Shown one piece after another: positions 1-9,690 of a DNA stretch of 39,730 nt (its first letter is position 1; every line of letters begins with the position of its first letter). The position numbers and the translations under genes are program-made. Source of the stretch: an uncultured Zetaproteobacteria bacterium (GTDB lineage: Bacteria > Pseudomonadota > Zetaproteobacteria > Mariprofundales > Mariprofundaceae); the NCBI GenBank assembly GCA_964414875.1, contig CAYPXU010000002.1, positions 1 to 39,730 on the forward strand, in the 5' to 3' direction. The notes beneath the pieces are model-generated. The model was not told where the DNA came from. It was given only the letters and a program-made list of their open reading frames with translations, and made no database searches.

Positions 1-165
1 ACCGATTTTTGACAGAAAATCATGTCAAGAACTATTATGCTGAATAGTTACAAATGTTTTTCATATGTACTCCTCCATATTTTACACAAGTAGAATATCT
101 ACTGCATTAGGACTTAGGTCGATGCTATCTACACATCATTACAGATTTATTTTAATCTAATAACT

Positions 166-999
166 TTAGCAACAAGAAGAAGTGCTACATCCGCCTGGTT
201 TTACCGCTTCAATGCGTGCTGAAACAACATAATCTTCAACACCGCGTCCTGGTGCCCAATCACGAATAAATTCACGTGTTTCATCTTTAGGTTCTACTAC
301 AATCTGCTCAAAGCCTGCATCTCTCATCATAACAATCAAATCATCGACCATGGATGCACCTGCCATACAACCCGCATGCAACACAGGATCATTTTTCATA
401 TCATCAGGCATTTCACACGTTGCGACCACATCCGAAATAGCCAAACGACCACCTGGTTTCAAGGCTCGAAAAGCATCACAAAACACCTGCGCTTTATTGG
501 GAGATAAATTAATCACACAGTTCGACATAATCACATCAGCAGTATGATCAGGTACAGGTAAATGTTCAATTTCACCCAAACGAAATTCAACGTTGGAAAA
601 CTTTCCTTTTTCGGCATTTTTACGAGCTTTAGAGATCATGGTTGGTGTCATATCAATACCAATCACACGCCCTGCTTCGCCCACTTCATGCGCAGCTAGA
701 AAGGCATCAAAACCACCTCCACTACCCAAATCCATCACCACTTCACCAGACTTTAAGCTAGCAATAGCACGAGGGTTACCACAACCCAAACCCATATCAG
801 CACCTGAAGGTACATTCTTTAAATCTTCTTCTGAATATCCCATACGTGTAGAGACCAGTGTGTTAATCGCCGTATCATCGGAAACACCACAGCAGCTTGC
901 TACTTCACCACAACAAGAGCCATTATTGCTTGCCTCTGCCACTTCCGCATAAGAATCTCGCACATTCTGACGAACATCATCTGCAATTACTTCACTCAT
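166..999 (-). CDS. arsM: Arsenite S-adenosylmethionine methyltransferase (ArsM-type)
   Basis: 277-aa ORF. Class I SAM-binding motif VMDLGSGGGFD. Paired N-terminal cysteines (SCCGEVASCCG) plus the SNCVINL and HAGCMAGA cysteines typical of ArsM As(III) sites. Cys-rich C-terminus. AGAGG-type RBS before the ATG. Confidence 0.85.
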   Translation of the reverse strand: MSEVIADDVRQNVRDSYAEVAEASNNGSCCGEVASCCGVSDDTAINTLVSTRMGYSEEDLKNVPSGADMGLGCGNPRAIASLKSGEVVMDLGSGGGFDAFLAAHEVGEAGRVIGIDMTPTMISKARKNAEKGKFSNVEFRLGEIEHLPVPDHTADVIMSNCVINLSPNKAQVFCDAFRALKPGGRLAISDVVATCEMPDDMKNDPVLHAGCMAGASMVDDLIVMMRDAGFEQIVVEPKDETREFIRDWAPGRGVEDYVVSARIEAVKPGGCSTSSCC

Positions 1000-1115
1000 T
1001 TCTTTACCTCTTTATAACTCAAAATATTTACCTTAAAAAGGTTTGCAATATATCATAACAGGGAAATCGCATTAAAATAAGCAGTGTTTCATTACATTCT
1101 TCCAGAAAATCCCAT

Positions 1116-1191
1116 CGCGTCATCCCCGAATACCCCTATCGGGGATCCACTTAGCCTATGGATTCCCGATAACAACCACGGGAATGACGCG
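1116..1191. repeat. 76-nt compound palindromic element (two inverted copies of a ~34-nt hairpin-containing unit)
   Basis: Outer arms are cgcgtcat (1116-1123) and atgacgcg (1184-1191). The left unit carries the hairpin atccccga/tcggggat. The right unit carries attcccg/cgggaat when read on the other strand. The two units align to each other in inverted orientation. The element lies in the 414-nt arsS-arsM spacer. Confidence 0.6.
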
Positions 1192-1413
1192 TTTTCTTTC
1201 ATACTTTGGAATAAATATTCCTTAGCCTGCTCCAAAATAACAACTTACATTCATGCTAAGTAATGATTTCTATTTTAATCCGATTGCCCTTGTATATCAT
1301 AATGCTTATGCTTACTGCTCATTGCTTCGAGGGCAAGGCAAATACGCGCAATGTGCTTCTGCACATGAGCATATGAAACGCAGCTATCGGATAAAGAAGT
1401 GGTAAGATTAGTA

Positions 1414-2367
1414 TTACAGCGCGCCGCCACAACTTGAGCCTTGCCCTGCCGTACAGCCATAACAATGATCCATAATGGCAATGGGCATACCTTCCACTTC
1501 AACCTCTAACAACTCAGATAAATGCGTTTTCTCTTTGTTCGGCAACGGCAAATCAAGCATTTGATTAAAATCGCAATCATAGACATAACCCTGCCAATCA
1601 ATACTTAATAGCGAACGGCACATCACGCCATCCACATTAGAAGACTGATAATTATCTTTCAATTGCTGCATATAGTTCTCAAACTCACCCTTAGAAATCA
1701 ACCAGCTACCAAAACGTTTAATCGGCATATTGGTAATGGTAAATAATTGGTTAAAAACAATATCAAAACGCTCTTTTAATTCTTTTTTATAAGCTACTTC
1801 TAACTCAACCTGCGATGGCGGCAACGATGTGCCAGTTGGATTATAAACAAGGTTCAATGTCAAAGCACTGCCTTTCACACCATAACCCAAAGCATTAAGT
1901 TTCTTAAGCCCTGCAATACTATCAGCAAACACGCCTTTACCGCGTTGCGCATCTACATTTTCACCCAAATAACATGGCAATGAAGCCGAAACCTCTACCT
2001 TATGCTCGGCTAAAAACTCAGCCAAGCCTTCATAGCCTGCTTCACTTAAAATGGTTAAATTGCAACGATCAATCACCTGTACACCTAATTTACACGCTGC
2101 ATCCACCAAATAACGAAAATGCGGGTTCATTTCTGGTGCTCCGCCCGTTAAATCGAGTATTTTGACATCAGATATTCTCAAAAACTCAAGGATGGTATCA
2201 ATTGTTTCTCGTTGCATAATTTCAGTGCGCCGTGGCCCTGCATCAACATGGCAATGCACACATGTTTGATTGCATAAATAACCTAAATTCACTTGTAAGG
2301 TCGTCAATTGACCACGCTTTATGGCAGGGAAATCCGTTTTTTCTAATAAAGGACGGCAGTCATGCAT
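1414..2367 (-). CDS. arsS: Radical SAM / Cys-rich domain protein, arsenosugar-biosynthesis ArsS family
   Basis: 317-aa ORF. Radical SAM cluster motif CNQTCVHC (CxxxCxxC). C-terminal Cys-rich tail DHCYGCTAGQGSSCGGAL. Same strand as, and adjacent to, arsM, which is the usual partner of this family. Confidence 0.8.
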   Translation of the reverse strand: MHDCRPLLEKTDFPAIKRGQLTTLQVNLGYLCNQTCVHCHVDAGPRRTEIMQRETIDTILEFLRISDVKILDLTGGAPEMNPHFRYLVDAACKLGVQVIDRCNLTILSEAGYEGLAEFLAEHKVEVSASLPCYLGENVDAQRGKGVFADSIAGLKKLNALGYGVKGSALTLNLVYNPTGTSLPPSQVELEVAYKKELKERFDIVFNQLFTITNMPIKRFGSWLISKGEFENYMQQLKDNYQSSNVDGVMCRSLLSIDWQGYVYDCDFNQMLDLPLPNKEKTHLSELLEVEVEGMPIAIMDHCYGCTAGQGSSCGGAL

Positions 2368-2435
2368 GTATTACAACTCCAAATCAATCTTGTCTAATGT
2401 TTCAAAAAATATCAGTCGCCCAGCTTATAAATACC

Positions 2436-3659
2436 TTACACTTTTGTCATGCTTGCCCAGAAAAAACCATCATGGCCATCACAAGGGTATAAACGCTGTT
2501 GCTGCGATACCTTATAACCTTCCAAAACATATTCATTTTCCTGTGGATGTATCGAACACACTGCATAAACCAATGTCCCATTATATTTTAATACACGCAT
2601 CGCTTCTTTTAGCATCTTTTTCTGAACAGCCTGCAATCCATCTATCGCATCTTTATCATGTAAAAATTTTGCATCAGGATGACGGCGTAAAATTCCAGAG
2701 GCAGAACATGGTGCATCCAAGACAATGCCATCCACACAGTTGTCCGCAATTGGCAAGCTTAACGCATCAGCTTGTAACACGGATACACGCTCAACATGCA
2801 GGCGTTTTAAGTTTTCCTTCAATCTTGGGATACGCTTGGCATTTAACTCCACTGCCAATAGCGTCACATTTGGAAAACTATGTTGAAGCAATGATGTTTT
2901 GCCACCAGGGGCAGCACACAAATCCAGAATAATGCCTTGATTAGGCACTTCCAATGCCAATACCGCCATTTGCGCAGCCTGATCCATCACCGTAAATGCA
3001 CCTTCATCAAAGTCAGGTAATAAGGGTACATGTGTCCCTACTGGTAATAACACGGCATACGGTGAAAACTCGCCTTTCTCCGCTTCAATCCCCATCGCAT
3101 GCACCTGCTGCATCCAAACATCACGATTCACAAATACTGCGACACATAAACGTGGTGGCTGTTGTAATGACAAACAAAAATCCTGCACCTTCTCAGCACC
3201 CCAAGCATCACGCCACAAGCTATACATCCATTTGGGAAGTTCTGCACGCTGATACGGTTTCAACTTACTCGGAGGCTCACTATTCGCCACTTTACGCAAC
3301 ACCGCATTCATCATACCCGATGCTTTGGGCTGCAACACTTTCATCACTTCCACGCATTCTGATACTGCAGCGTGGCTAGGTACACGCATATGGCGTAATT
3401 GATATGCACCCACAAGCAGTGTCATGCGTGCTTCAGCATCAGGTTTTTGTTTTAAAAAACGAGACACATCCGCTTCCAAGGAAAAAAAACGGCGCAGCAC
3501 TCCCAATACCAATTCATGCAACAGACCTCGATCACGGACATCCAAGTTCGCGCCCAACTGATCCAACATCACATCTGCTTTATATTTCTTTTCCAATACG
3601 CGCACCAATGCCTGTACAGCCAACATGCGCACCGAACCTGATTGTTTATGCAACCCCAT
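2436..3659 (-). CDS. rsmB: 16S rRNA (cytosine967-C5)-methyltransferase RsmB/Sun
   Basis: NusB-like N-terminal part, then the LDLCAAPGGKT SAM motif and DAPCSASG / VYAVCS catalytic Cys motifs. I prefer the ATG at 3659 (AAGGTGG RBS) over the TTG at 3677 used in the ORF track. Confidence 0.9.
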   Translation of the reverse strand: MGLHKQSGSVRMLAVQALVRVLEKKYKADVMLDQLGANLDVRDRGLLHELVLGVLRRFFSLEADVSRFLKQKPDAEARMTLLVGAYQLRHMRVPSHAAVSECVEVMKVLQPKASGMMNAVLRKVANSEPPSKLKPYQRAELPKWMYSLWRDAWGAEKVQDFCLSLQQPPRLCVAVFVNRDVWMQQVHAMGIEAEKGEFSPYAVLLPVGTHVPLLPDFDEGAFTVMDQAAQMAVLALEVPNQGIILDLCAAPGGKTSLLQHSFPNVTLLAVELNAKRIPRLKENLKRLHVERVSVLQADALSLPIADNCVDGIVLDAPCSASGILRRHPDAKFLHDKDAIDGLQAVQKKMLKEAMRVLKYNGTLVYAVCSIHPQENEYVLEGYKVSQQQRLYPCDGHDGFFWASMTKV

Positions 3660-3711
3660 CACCACCTTTATAAGCAAATAGTTTTATGGGACACCGTAAC
3701 AGTTGCATCAT

Positions 3712-6441
3712 TTAAGTCAGCAACTGGTGAAAATAAACATGTACTTGCTGCATCGTTTGTTGCAACGCTTGCGGGCTTTTTATGCTTGTGTGTCGACGCA
3801 TCGTTTCCCACTCTGGGGCTTGGCTATCCAGACTTAACTTACCAATGGATTGCCAAAGCTCAACACGCAAAGCATTTTCCATCTGTCTATACGAGGTATA
3901 CGTTTCAGCCAACATCTCAAAGGCATCTCGCCAAACTTTCGGTACATTATCAGGCAAGCTTAATAAGCTCTGTACTGTCGAATAATGCCCAGTCTGCTGG
4001 GATCTAAATGCCAAACAGGCATATTGAGCCAAAAACTCAATATCTACCAAACCTCCCGCATCATGTTTCAGGTTTATGATTATTTTACTTTTACTTGCCA
4101 AGTGTTCCAACATCTTTTGGCGCATTTCCAATACATCCGTAGCAAGCAGTTTTGTATCACGAGGCATAACTAACACTTCTTGCACAACATCCATGACCTT
4201 CGCTCTCACATCTTCCGAGCCTGTTACCGCACGGGCGCGGCATAAAGCCTGATGTTCCCATGTATGCGCTTCATACAACTGATAATCATGAAAGCCATCT
4301 AACGTTGTTACCAGCACGCCACTATTACCTGATGGACGCAAGCGAGCATCAAACTCATAACCTGCACCAAATGGTGGACTATCTGTTAACTGGCGTATCA
4401 TTCTACGACCCAATCGTTGCGCCCACTCCCTTGATGATCGCCCATGAATTTCAACATTTGGATCGCCAGCCAATACAAAAACCATATCCAAATCCGATAC
4501 TAAACCCATTTCACGACTGCCATGTTTGCCCAATGCCAACGCCACCATGGGAAAATCATCTGGCAACTTTAATTGAAATAAACTGGCGCGTAGACAAGTT
4601 TGAACTGCTGCATCCGCCACATTTGCCAACCAAGCTCCAATCATGCTTGAGTCAGCCTCATGGGCATCGACTGTCAATGCACACTGCACCCTCGCTTGGT
4701 CAACCAAGTGTCCCAAAGAAGCTAGTAGATCGCCTTCATCTTCATGGCACTGCAACGCATCAAGCTTCTCGCATAAAAACTCAATCTCCGTACCCCCACG
4801 CTCACTTGCCAGCGGCCATTCAAGCCAAGATGGGTTCTTTACAATATGTTCAGCCAAATAGCGACTTGCCGATAACACACCGATCAACCACATCAAAGCA
4901 CCGCGATGTGTCGCCAACAAATCTATCCACGTTGCTCGACCAGCAATAGAATGCAGTAGGTTTGAAAATGCATTCGCAGCCTGTGCCCCATTCACATCAT
5001 CCAACCAATACGGCATTGCCACACTTAAAATCGTTTCCACTTGTTTACGGCTTCGCTCAGGTAACAAACCGCGCAGCAACTGTTCATCCATTTGCGTGAG
5101 AGCCTTTTGCATCATATCACACTTACTTTCATTCAAGGCTGGGTAGTCATCCAAACAAGAGCCTACAAGCCAACTTTGAGAAGCTGCATGAATATCGGTT
5201 ACAGGTAATATACGTTCAGTAAAAATTTCTTTCACATAAGCACTATGTTTTAACATTGCCTGCTTGATATGACGAATACCCAACGCTTCAGAAAGGTAGG
5301 CTTCATAATCATTTGGTAAAACATGCGTTTGCTCACCTTTTCGTGCCTGAACTGCATGCTCAACACGCCGCCAAAAACAATAAGACTCAAATAACCCCTC
5401 AGCTTCTTCAGCAGAAAGAAAATCTTTTTGCTGCAATAAATCCAACGCCGATTTTCCTTCTTGCACACGCAGAGAAGTATCACGTCCAGCATGCAGTAAC
5501 TGCATTGATTGAATAATAAATTCAATTTCACGAATGCCGCCACCACCACGCTTAACATCAAACCCTTCCGCAATTTCTGCATGGCCAGCCTGCATATCAA
5601 TACGCCGCTTCATATCCGCTAAAGCAGCTACACTGGTGTAATCAAGATAACGTTTAAAAACAAACGCTGAAATACCCTCAATAAAGGCCTTCCCCAAAGC
5701 TAGGTTTCCCGCCACAGGTCGCGCTTTGATAAGCATTGCACGCTCCCATGTCTGCCCGTAATCTAGATAATGGGAGAGTGTGGCATCTAAATTTAAGCAA
5801 ATCGCAGCACCATCACCACCAGGTCGAAGGCGCATATCCACAGGCCAGACAATGCCACATTCGCTTGGTTCAGACATAAGTTTGATAAGCATCCGAGATA
5901 AATGATTATAATATTCTTTGGCAGATACACTATTGCGCCCGCCTTGCGTATTACCTTCACCTTGCCAAACAAATAAGGGGTCAACATCCGAGCCTAGGTT
6001 CAACTCCTTACCACCCAGTTTACCCAAGCCAATGATACAAAATACACCGCCATTTAACATCCCAAAACGTGGTGCTATTAAGCGCTCTGCCATCTCAACA
6101 GCTTGTTGTAAAAGAGCTTCAGCTACATGGGTAATCGATTGATATGAAGCCTCAATATCACCATAAACACCCAACTCCCACCAAATAATATGACGCATGC
6201 TTTTTTGTTTAAGAAGACGTAAATGCCGCATGCATTCCGCCAAATCACTACTCGCTAAGGCAGGAAACCAGACTTCACTTTTATCAGGCAAAACTGCATG
6301 TACTTCATCTTGAAAAATTGACTGATACTCATTTTCATCTGCCGTGCGCATTAAGCTTTCAAATAAGGGTGAGCAACCCAATAAGCGTTTCGCATTAGCT
6401 TGTTGAGAGCTTGGAATCATTGCAGAAAAATCTAACTTCAT
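3712..6441 (-). CDS. glnE: Bifunctional glutamine synthetase adenylyltransferase / adenylyl-removing enzyme
   Basis: 909-aa ORF with two nucleotidyltransferase repeats (GKLGGKELNLGSDVDPLFV and GKHGSREMGLVSDLDMVFV). Located next to glnA. Confidence 0.9.
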   Translation of the reverse strand: MKLDFSAMIPSSQQANAKRLLGCSPLFESLMRTADENEYQSIFQDEVHAVLPDKSEVWFPALASSDLAECMRHLRLLKQKSMRHIIWWELGVYGDIEASYQSITHVAEALLQQAVEMAERLIAPRFGMLNGGVFCIIGLGKLGGKELNLGSDVDPLFVWQGEGNTQGGRNSVSAKEYYNHLSRMLIKLMSEPSECGIVWPVDMRLRPGGDGAAICLNLDATLSHYLDYGQTWERAMLIKARPVAGNLALGKAFIEGISAFVFKRYLDYTSVAALADMKRRIDMQAGHAEIAEGFDVKRGGGGIREIEFIIQSMQLLHAGRDTSLRVQEGKSALDLLQQKDFLSAEEAEGLFESYCFWRRVEHAVQARKGEQTHVLPNDYEAYLSEALGIRHIKQAMLKHSAYVKEIFTERILPVTDIHAASQSWLVGSCLDDYPALNESKCDMMQKALTQMDEQLLRGLLPERSRKQVETILSVAMPYWLDDVNGAQAANAFSNLLHSIAGRATWIDLLATHRGALMWLIGVLSASRYLAEHIVKNPSWLEWPLASERGGTEIEFLCEKLDALQCHEDEGDLLASLGHLVDQARVQCALTVDAHEADSSMIGAWLANVADAAVQTCLRASLFQLKLPDDFPMVALALGKHGSREMGLVSDLDMVFVLAGDPNVEIHGRSSREWAQRLGRRMIRQLTDSPPFGAGYEFDARLRPSGNSGVLVTTLDGFHDYQLYEAHTWEHQALCRARAVTGSEDVRAKVMDVVQEVLVMPRDTKLLATDVLEMRQKMLEHLASKSKIIINLKHDAGGLVDIEFLAQYACLAFRSQQTGHYSTVQSLLSLPDNVPKVWRDAFEMLAETYTSYRQMENALRVELWQSIGKLSLDSQAPEWETMRRHTSIKSPQALQQTMQQVHVYFHQLLT

Positions 6442-6533
6442 TCAGCTAGTCTAATAGCACTTTAAAAAAATGCACTGTCATACGTAGATACTATTGCCAT
6501 ATTGTTACAGTAAAAAAAGTACACCACAGCAAG

Positions 6534-6671
6534 CTATCTCACCAAAAATCTTGGTAAAAAAATATCGAAAAATGCGTAAAAAGTTAGCACTAATATAGAA
6601 ACAGCAAGTACACGATATAGAAATTTCTCTCTTGTTTTCATCAGAGATATTCGGGTCTTATCAAATGCCAT
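6534..6671 (-). CDS. Possible small single-pass membrane protein (45 aa), hypothetical
   Basis: ATG at 6671 follows GGGGG by 4 nt and lies just after the glnA terminator. It encodes MAFDKTRISLMKTREKFLYRVLAVSILVLTFYAFFDIFLPRFLVR, which has one hydrophobic helix. No recognisable family. The longer 62-aa ORF-track version runs through the terminator hairpin. Confidence 0.25.
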   Translation of the reverse strand: MAFDKTRISLMKTREKFLYRVLAVSILVLTFYAFFDIFLPRFLVR

Positions 6672-6681
6672 AATGCCCCCT

Positions 6682-6713
6682 AAATAAAAAAAGCCGCCAC
6701 CTATGTGACGGCT
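6682..6713 (-). terminator. Rho-independent terminator downstream of glnA
   Basis: Minus-strand RNA reads agccgucac-auag-guggcggcu: a 9-bp stem with one G.U pair and a 4-nt loop, followed by UUUUUUUAUUU. It starts 24 nt after the glnA stop. Confidence 0.8.
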
Positions 6714-6736
6714 TTTCAACAAGCATTCTTACTTTT

Positions 6737-8152
6737 TTAAACGGAGTAATACATTTCCATTTCAATTGGATGTGGACGCATACGAAGCTCTGTTACATCT
6801 TCCATTTTCATGGCGATATAAGCATCAATCATATCATCATCCATCACACCACCGACTTTCAAGAAATCACGATCTGCATCCAAAGCTTCTAAAGCTTGAT
6901 CCAAACTAGAACATACAGTTGGAATCTTCGCAGCTTCTTCTGCTGGCAAGTCATACAAGTTCTTATCAGCAGCTTCGCCTGGATCAATCTTGTTGGCAAT
7001 ACCATCAAGACCAGCCATCAACAATGCCGTAAACGCCAAATATGGGTTTGATGAGCAATCTGGGAAACGCACTTCAATACGACGTGCTGGATCAGAATTG
7101 ACCACAGGAATACGAATAGAAGCAGAACGATTACGGTTTGAATAAGCCAACATCACTGGCGCTTCAAAACCTGGAACCAAACGTTTGTATGAGTTGGTAG
7201 AAGCGTTGGTAAATGCATTCAATGCACGGGCATGTTTGATGATACCACCGATATACCACAAAGCTTCTTGAGAAAGGTTGGCATACTTATCACCTGCGAA
7301 TAAGTTCACACCATCTTTCCAGATTGATTGATGCACATGCATCGCAGTACCGTTATCACCATAAATAGGCTTCGGCATAAATGTTGCAGTTTTGCCATAA
7401 GCATCAGCAACATTATGCACCACATATTTGTACCACTGTGATTTATCAGCCTGCTCAATTAACTCACCAAATTTCATTGCCAATTCGCATTGACCTGCAG
7501 TCGCAACTTCATGATGATGGCATTCCATTTCCATGCCCAAGTCTGTCATGACCAATGACATATCATTACGCATTTCATGCAATGTATCTACTGGCGGAAC
7601 TGGGAAATAACCACCTTTCACTTTAGGACGATGACCAGTGTTGCCACCTTCATATTTGGTATTGGAATTCCATGCAGCTTCTTCAGAATCAATGGTATAA
7701 CCACAAGAACCCATTTCGTTGCTATAACGCATACCGTCAAAAACAAAGAACTCTAATTCTGGGCCAAAATATACTGTATCCGCAATGCCAGCAGACTTGA
7801 TATATTTCAAAGCACGTTGTGCTACTTGGCGTGGACAACGGTTGTAATCTTGACCCGTAATCGGATCGATCACTTGAGAAACAAGTACCAATGTCGATGC
7901 TTCAAAGAAAGGATCAATGCGCGCACTTGCGGGATCAGGAATCAACGCCATATCTGAGTTGTTGATCTCACACCAACCCTCAATTGAAGAGCCATCAAAA
8001 GCAAAACCATCTTCAAAACAATCTTCATTAAATGTATTAATTGGAAATGTTACATGCTGCCATTTGCCTTTGGTATCCGTAAAACGAACATCCACAAATT
8101 CGCATTCATTCTCTTCGACTAATTCGAAGACCTTTTTAATCGCGTCGCTCAC
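6737..8152 (-). CDS. glnA: Glutamine synthetase type I
   Basis: Classic GSI sequence, including the adenylylation-site region NLYDLP. I prefer the GTG at 8152 (AGGAGA RBS 6 nt upstream, giving [12 protein letters not shown]...) over the ORF-track start at 8191. Confidence 0.93.
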   Translation of the reverse strand: MSDAIKKVFELVEENECEFVDVRFTDTKGKWQHVTFPINTFNEDCFEDGFAFDGSSIEGWCEINNSDMALIPDPASARIDPFFEASTLVLVSQVIDPITGQDYNRCPRQVAQRALKYIKSAGIADTVYFGPELEFFVFDGMRYSNEMGSCGYTIDSEEAAWNSNTKYEGGNTGHRPKVKGGYFPVPPVDTLHEMRNDMSLVMTDLGMEMECHHHEVATAGQCELAMKFGELIEQADKSQWYKYVVHNVADAYGKTATFMPKPIYGDNGTAMHVHQSIWKDGVNLFAGDKYANLSQEALWYIGGIIKHARALNAFTNASTNSYKRLVPGFEAPVMLAYSNRNRSASIRIPVVNSDPARRIEVRFPDCSSNPYLAFTALLMAGLDGIANKIDPGEAADKNLYDLPAEEAAKIPTVCSSLDQALEALDADRDFLKVGGVMDDDMIDAYIAMKMEDVTELRMRPHPIEMEMYYSV

Positions 8153-8269
8153 AACTATTCTCCTATGGGGGGGTAAGTTTTGCCCATGCAAATAAGCAGG
8201 TGGAACGATACACGCCTCTCATAAATTCACAATGTTTGAATCTAAGAAAGTCATGCCTAACCGTAAAGC

Positions 8270-9652
8270 TTATGCTTTGGGGTGTAGCATGGATGTTGGG
8301 TCAAGCAACGCATCTAACTCTACTTCAGAAAACACGCCCTGCTCCAAACAAAGCTGACGTACTGTTTTGCCATCTTTCACTGCCTGCTTAGCAAGTGCGG
8401 AAGCCTTATCATAACCCATCATCGGGGCGAGCGATGTCACCATGCTCATGCTCCATTCAATCTGCTGCTCACATTTCTCACGATTCGCCTCTAAACCTGC
8501 AATACATTTATCTGCAAACATCATCACCGCGTTGGCTAAAATAGATTCTGACTCCAAAAGGTTATGTGCCATCACAGGCAACATGACATTCAAATCCAGC
8601 AAACCCGAGGCACCACCAAAAACAATCGCAGCATCATTGCCAATCACTTGCGCACAAACTTGTGCCATAGATTCGGCAATCACGGGATTCACCTTGCCTG
8701 GCATAATGGATGAACCAGGCTGCACAGCAGGAACACTAATTTCACCCAAGCCGCAACGTGGCCCCATATTCAAAACACGCACATCATTGGCAATTTTCAC
8801 CAACGACACCGCCAGCGTCCGCAATGCGCCAGAGAGTTCTACCGCTGCATCTTGCGCAGCCTGCGCTTCAAAGTGATTTTCAGCTTCAGAGAATGGAATA
8901 TCATAAAGACTTGATAACTCCGCAGCCATGTGTGCGCCAAATTCAGGGTGCGTATTCAAGCCCGTGCCAACAGCCGTTCCACCTTGCGCCAGCTCTGTAA
9001 GGCGCGGTAAACAAGCCTCCAAGCGAGCCATACCAAGCTCAACTTGGCGTGCCCAAGAAGATATTTCTTGCCCCAATGTAATCGGTGTTGCATCCATCAA
9101 ATGTGTACGCCCAATTTTCACCACATCCATGGTCGCATCAGATTTTTGCTGCAAAACAGCATGCAAATATTTCAACGCTGGCATGAGTTGATGTATTAAT
9201 ACATCCGCTGCCGCCACATGTATGGCTGTCGGAATCACATCATTGGATGATTGCCCCATATTCACATGATCATTGGGGTGAACTTTCGTCAAAGGCTCCA
9301 ATTGTGCAGAGCGGTGTGCTACCACTTCATTGGCATTCATATTGGTCGATGTACCTGAACCCGTCTGGAAAATATCCAATACAAAATGATTATCCCAATC
9401 ACCATTCGCTACTTCAGATGCTGCTTTTTGAATCACCTTGCTAAGCGATACATCCAACTTACCCAAACCTGTATTAACCTTGGCCGCCGATTGTTTAATA
9501 TTCCCCAAAGCTTTGATAAACATGCGTGAAAAACGTAGATCTGAAACGGGGAAATTTTCAACTGCTCGTGCTGTTGATGCACCATACATTGCATCCATTG
9601 GCACCTGCATTTCACCCATCGAATCACATTCAGTCCGTGTTTGTTTAGCCAT
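8270..9652 (-). CDS. fumC: Class II fumarate hydratase
   Basis: Lyase-1 signature GSSIMPGKVNP. FQTGSGTSTNMNANEV and KIGRTHLMDATPITLGQE match FumC rather than aspartase. The ATG at 9652 follows GGTAGGAA; the ORF-track GTG at 9667 is less likely. Confidence 0.85.
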   Translation of the reverse strand: MAKQTRTECDSMGEMQVPMDAMYGASTARAVENFPVSDLRFSRMFIKALGNIKQSAAKVNTGLGKLDVSLSKVIQKAASEVANGDWDNHFVLDIFQTGSGTSTNMNANEVVAHRSAQLEPLTKVHPNDHVNMGQSSNDVIPTAIHVAAADVLIHQLMPALKYLHAVLQQKSDATMDVVKIGRTHLMDATPITLGQEISSWARQVELGMARLEACLPRLTELAQGGTAVGTGLNTHPEFGAHMAAELSSLYDIPFSEAENHFEAQAAQDAAVELSGALRTLAVSLVKIANDVRVLNMGPRCGLGEISVPAVQPGSSIMPGKVNPVIAESMAQVCAQVIGNDAAIVFGGASGLLDLNVMLPVMAHNLLESESILANAVMMFADKCIAGLEANREKCEQQIEWSMSMVTSLAPMMGYDKASALAKQAVKDGKTVRQLCLEQGVFSEVELDALLDPTSMLHPKA

Positions 9653-9690
9653 TATTCCTACCCTCACTCACCCTATTCTTCGCAACCATT

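Noticed and set aside
9-76. A palindrome TTGACA-N8-TGTCAA lies at 9-28. A perfect GGAGGAG Shine-Dalgarno (70-76, minus strand) sits 5 nt before a 9-codon mini-ORF (MKNICNYSA, 35-64) downstream of arsM.
   Set aside because: The mini-ORF is too short to evaluate. The palindrome has only 6-bp arms and sits at the window edge, with no context for what lies downstream. It could be a leader peptide and operator for a gene outside the window, but I cannot support that from this sequence.
1275-1502. A 75-aa minus-strand ORF spans the arsS 3' end and the spacer.
   Set aside because: It overlaps the arsS C-terminus out of frame and has no RBS or recognisable motifs. The spacer is better explained as non-coding.
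6672-6722. These are the N-terminal 17 codons of the 62-aa ORF-track ORF (MLKSRHIGGGFFYLGGI).
   Set aside because: These codons are the glnA terminator hairpin and its U-tract read as protein. Only the shorter version starting at 6671 is retained, and only at low confidence.
8153-8269. I searched for a sigma-54 (TGGCAC-N5-TTGCA) NtrC-dependent promoter upstream of glnA.
   Set aside because: A TTGCAT is present on the minus strand, but there is no GG dinucleotide at the required -24 spacing. No convincing match was found, so no promoter is reported.
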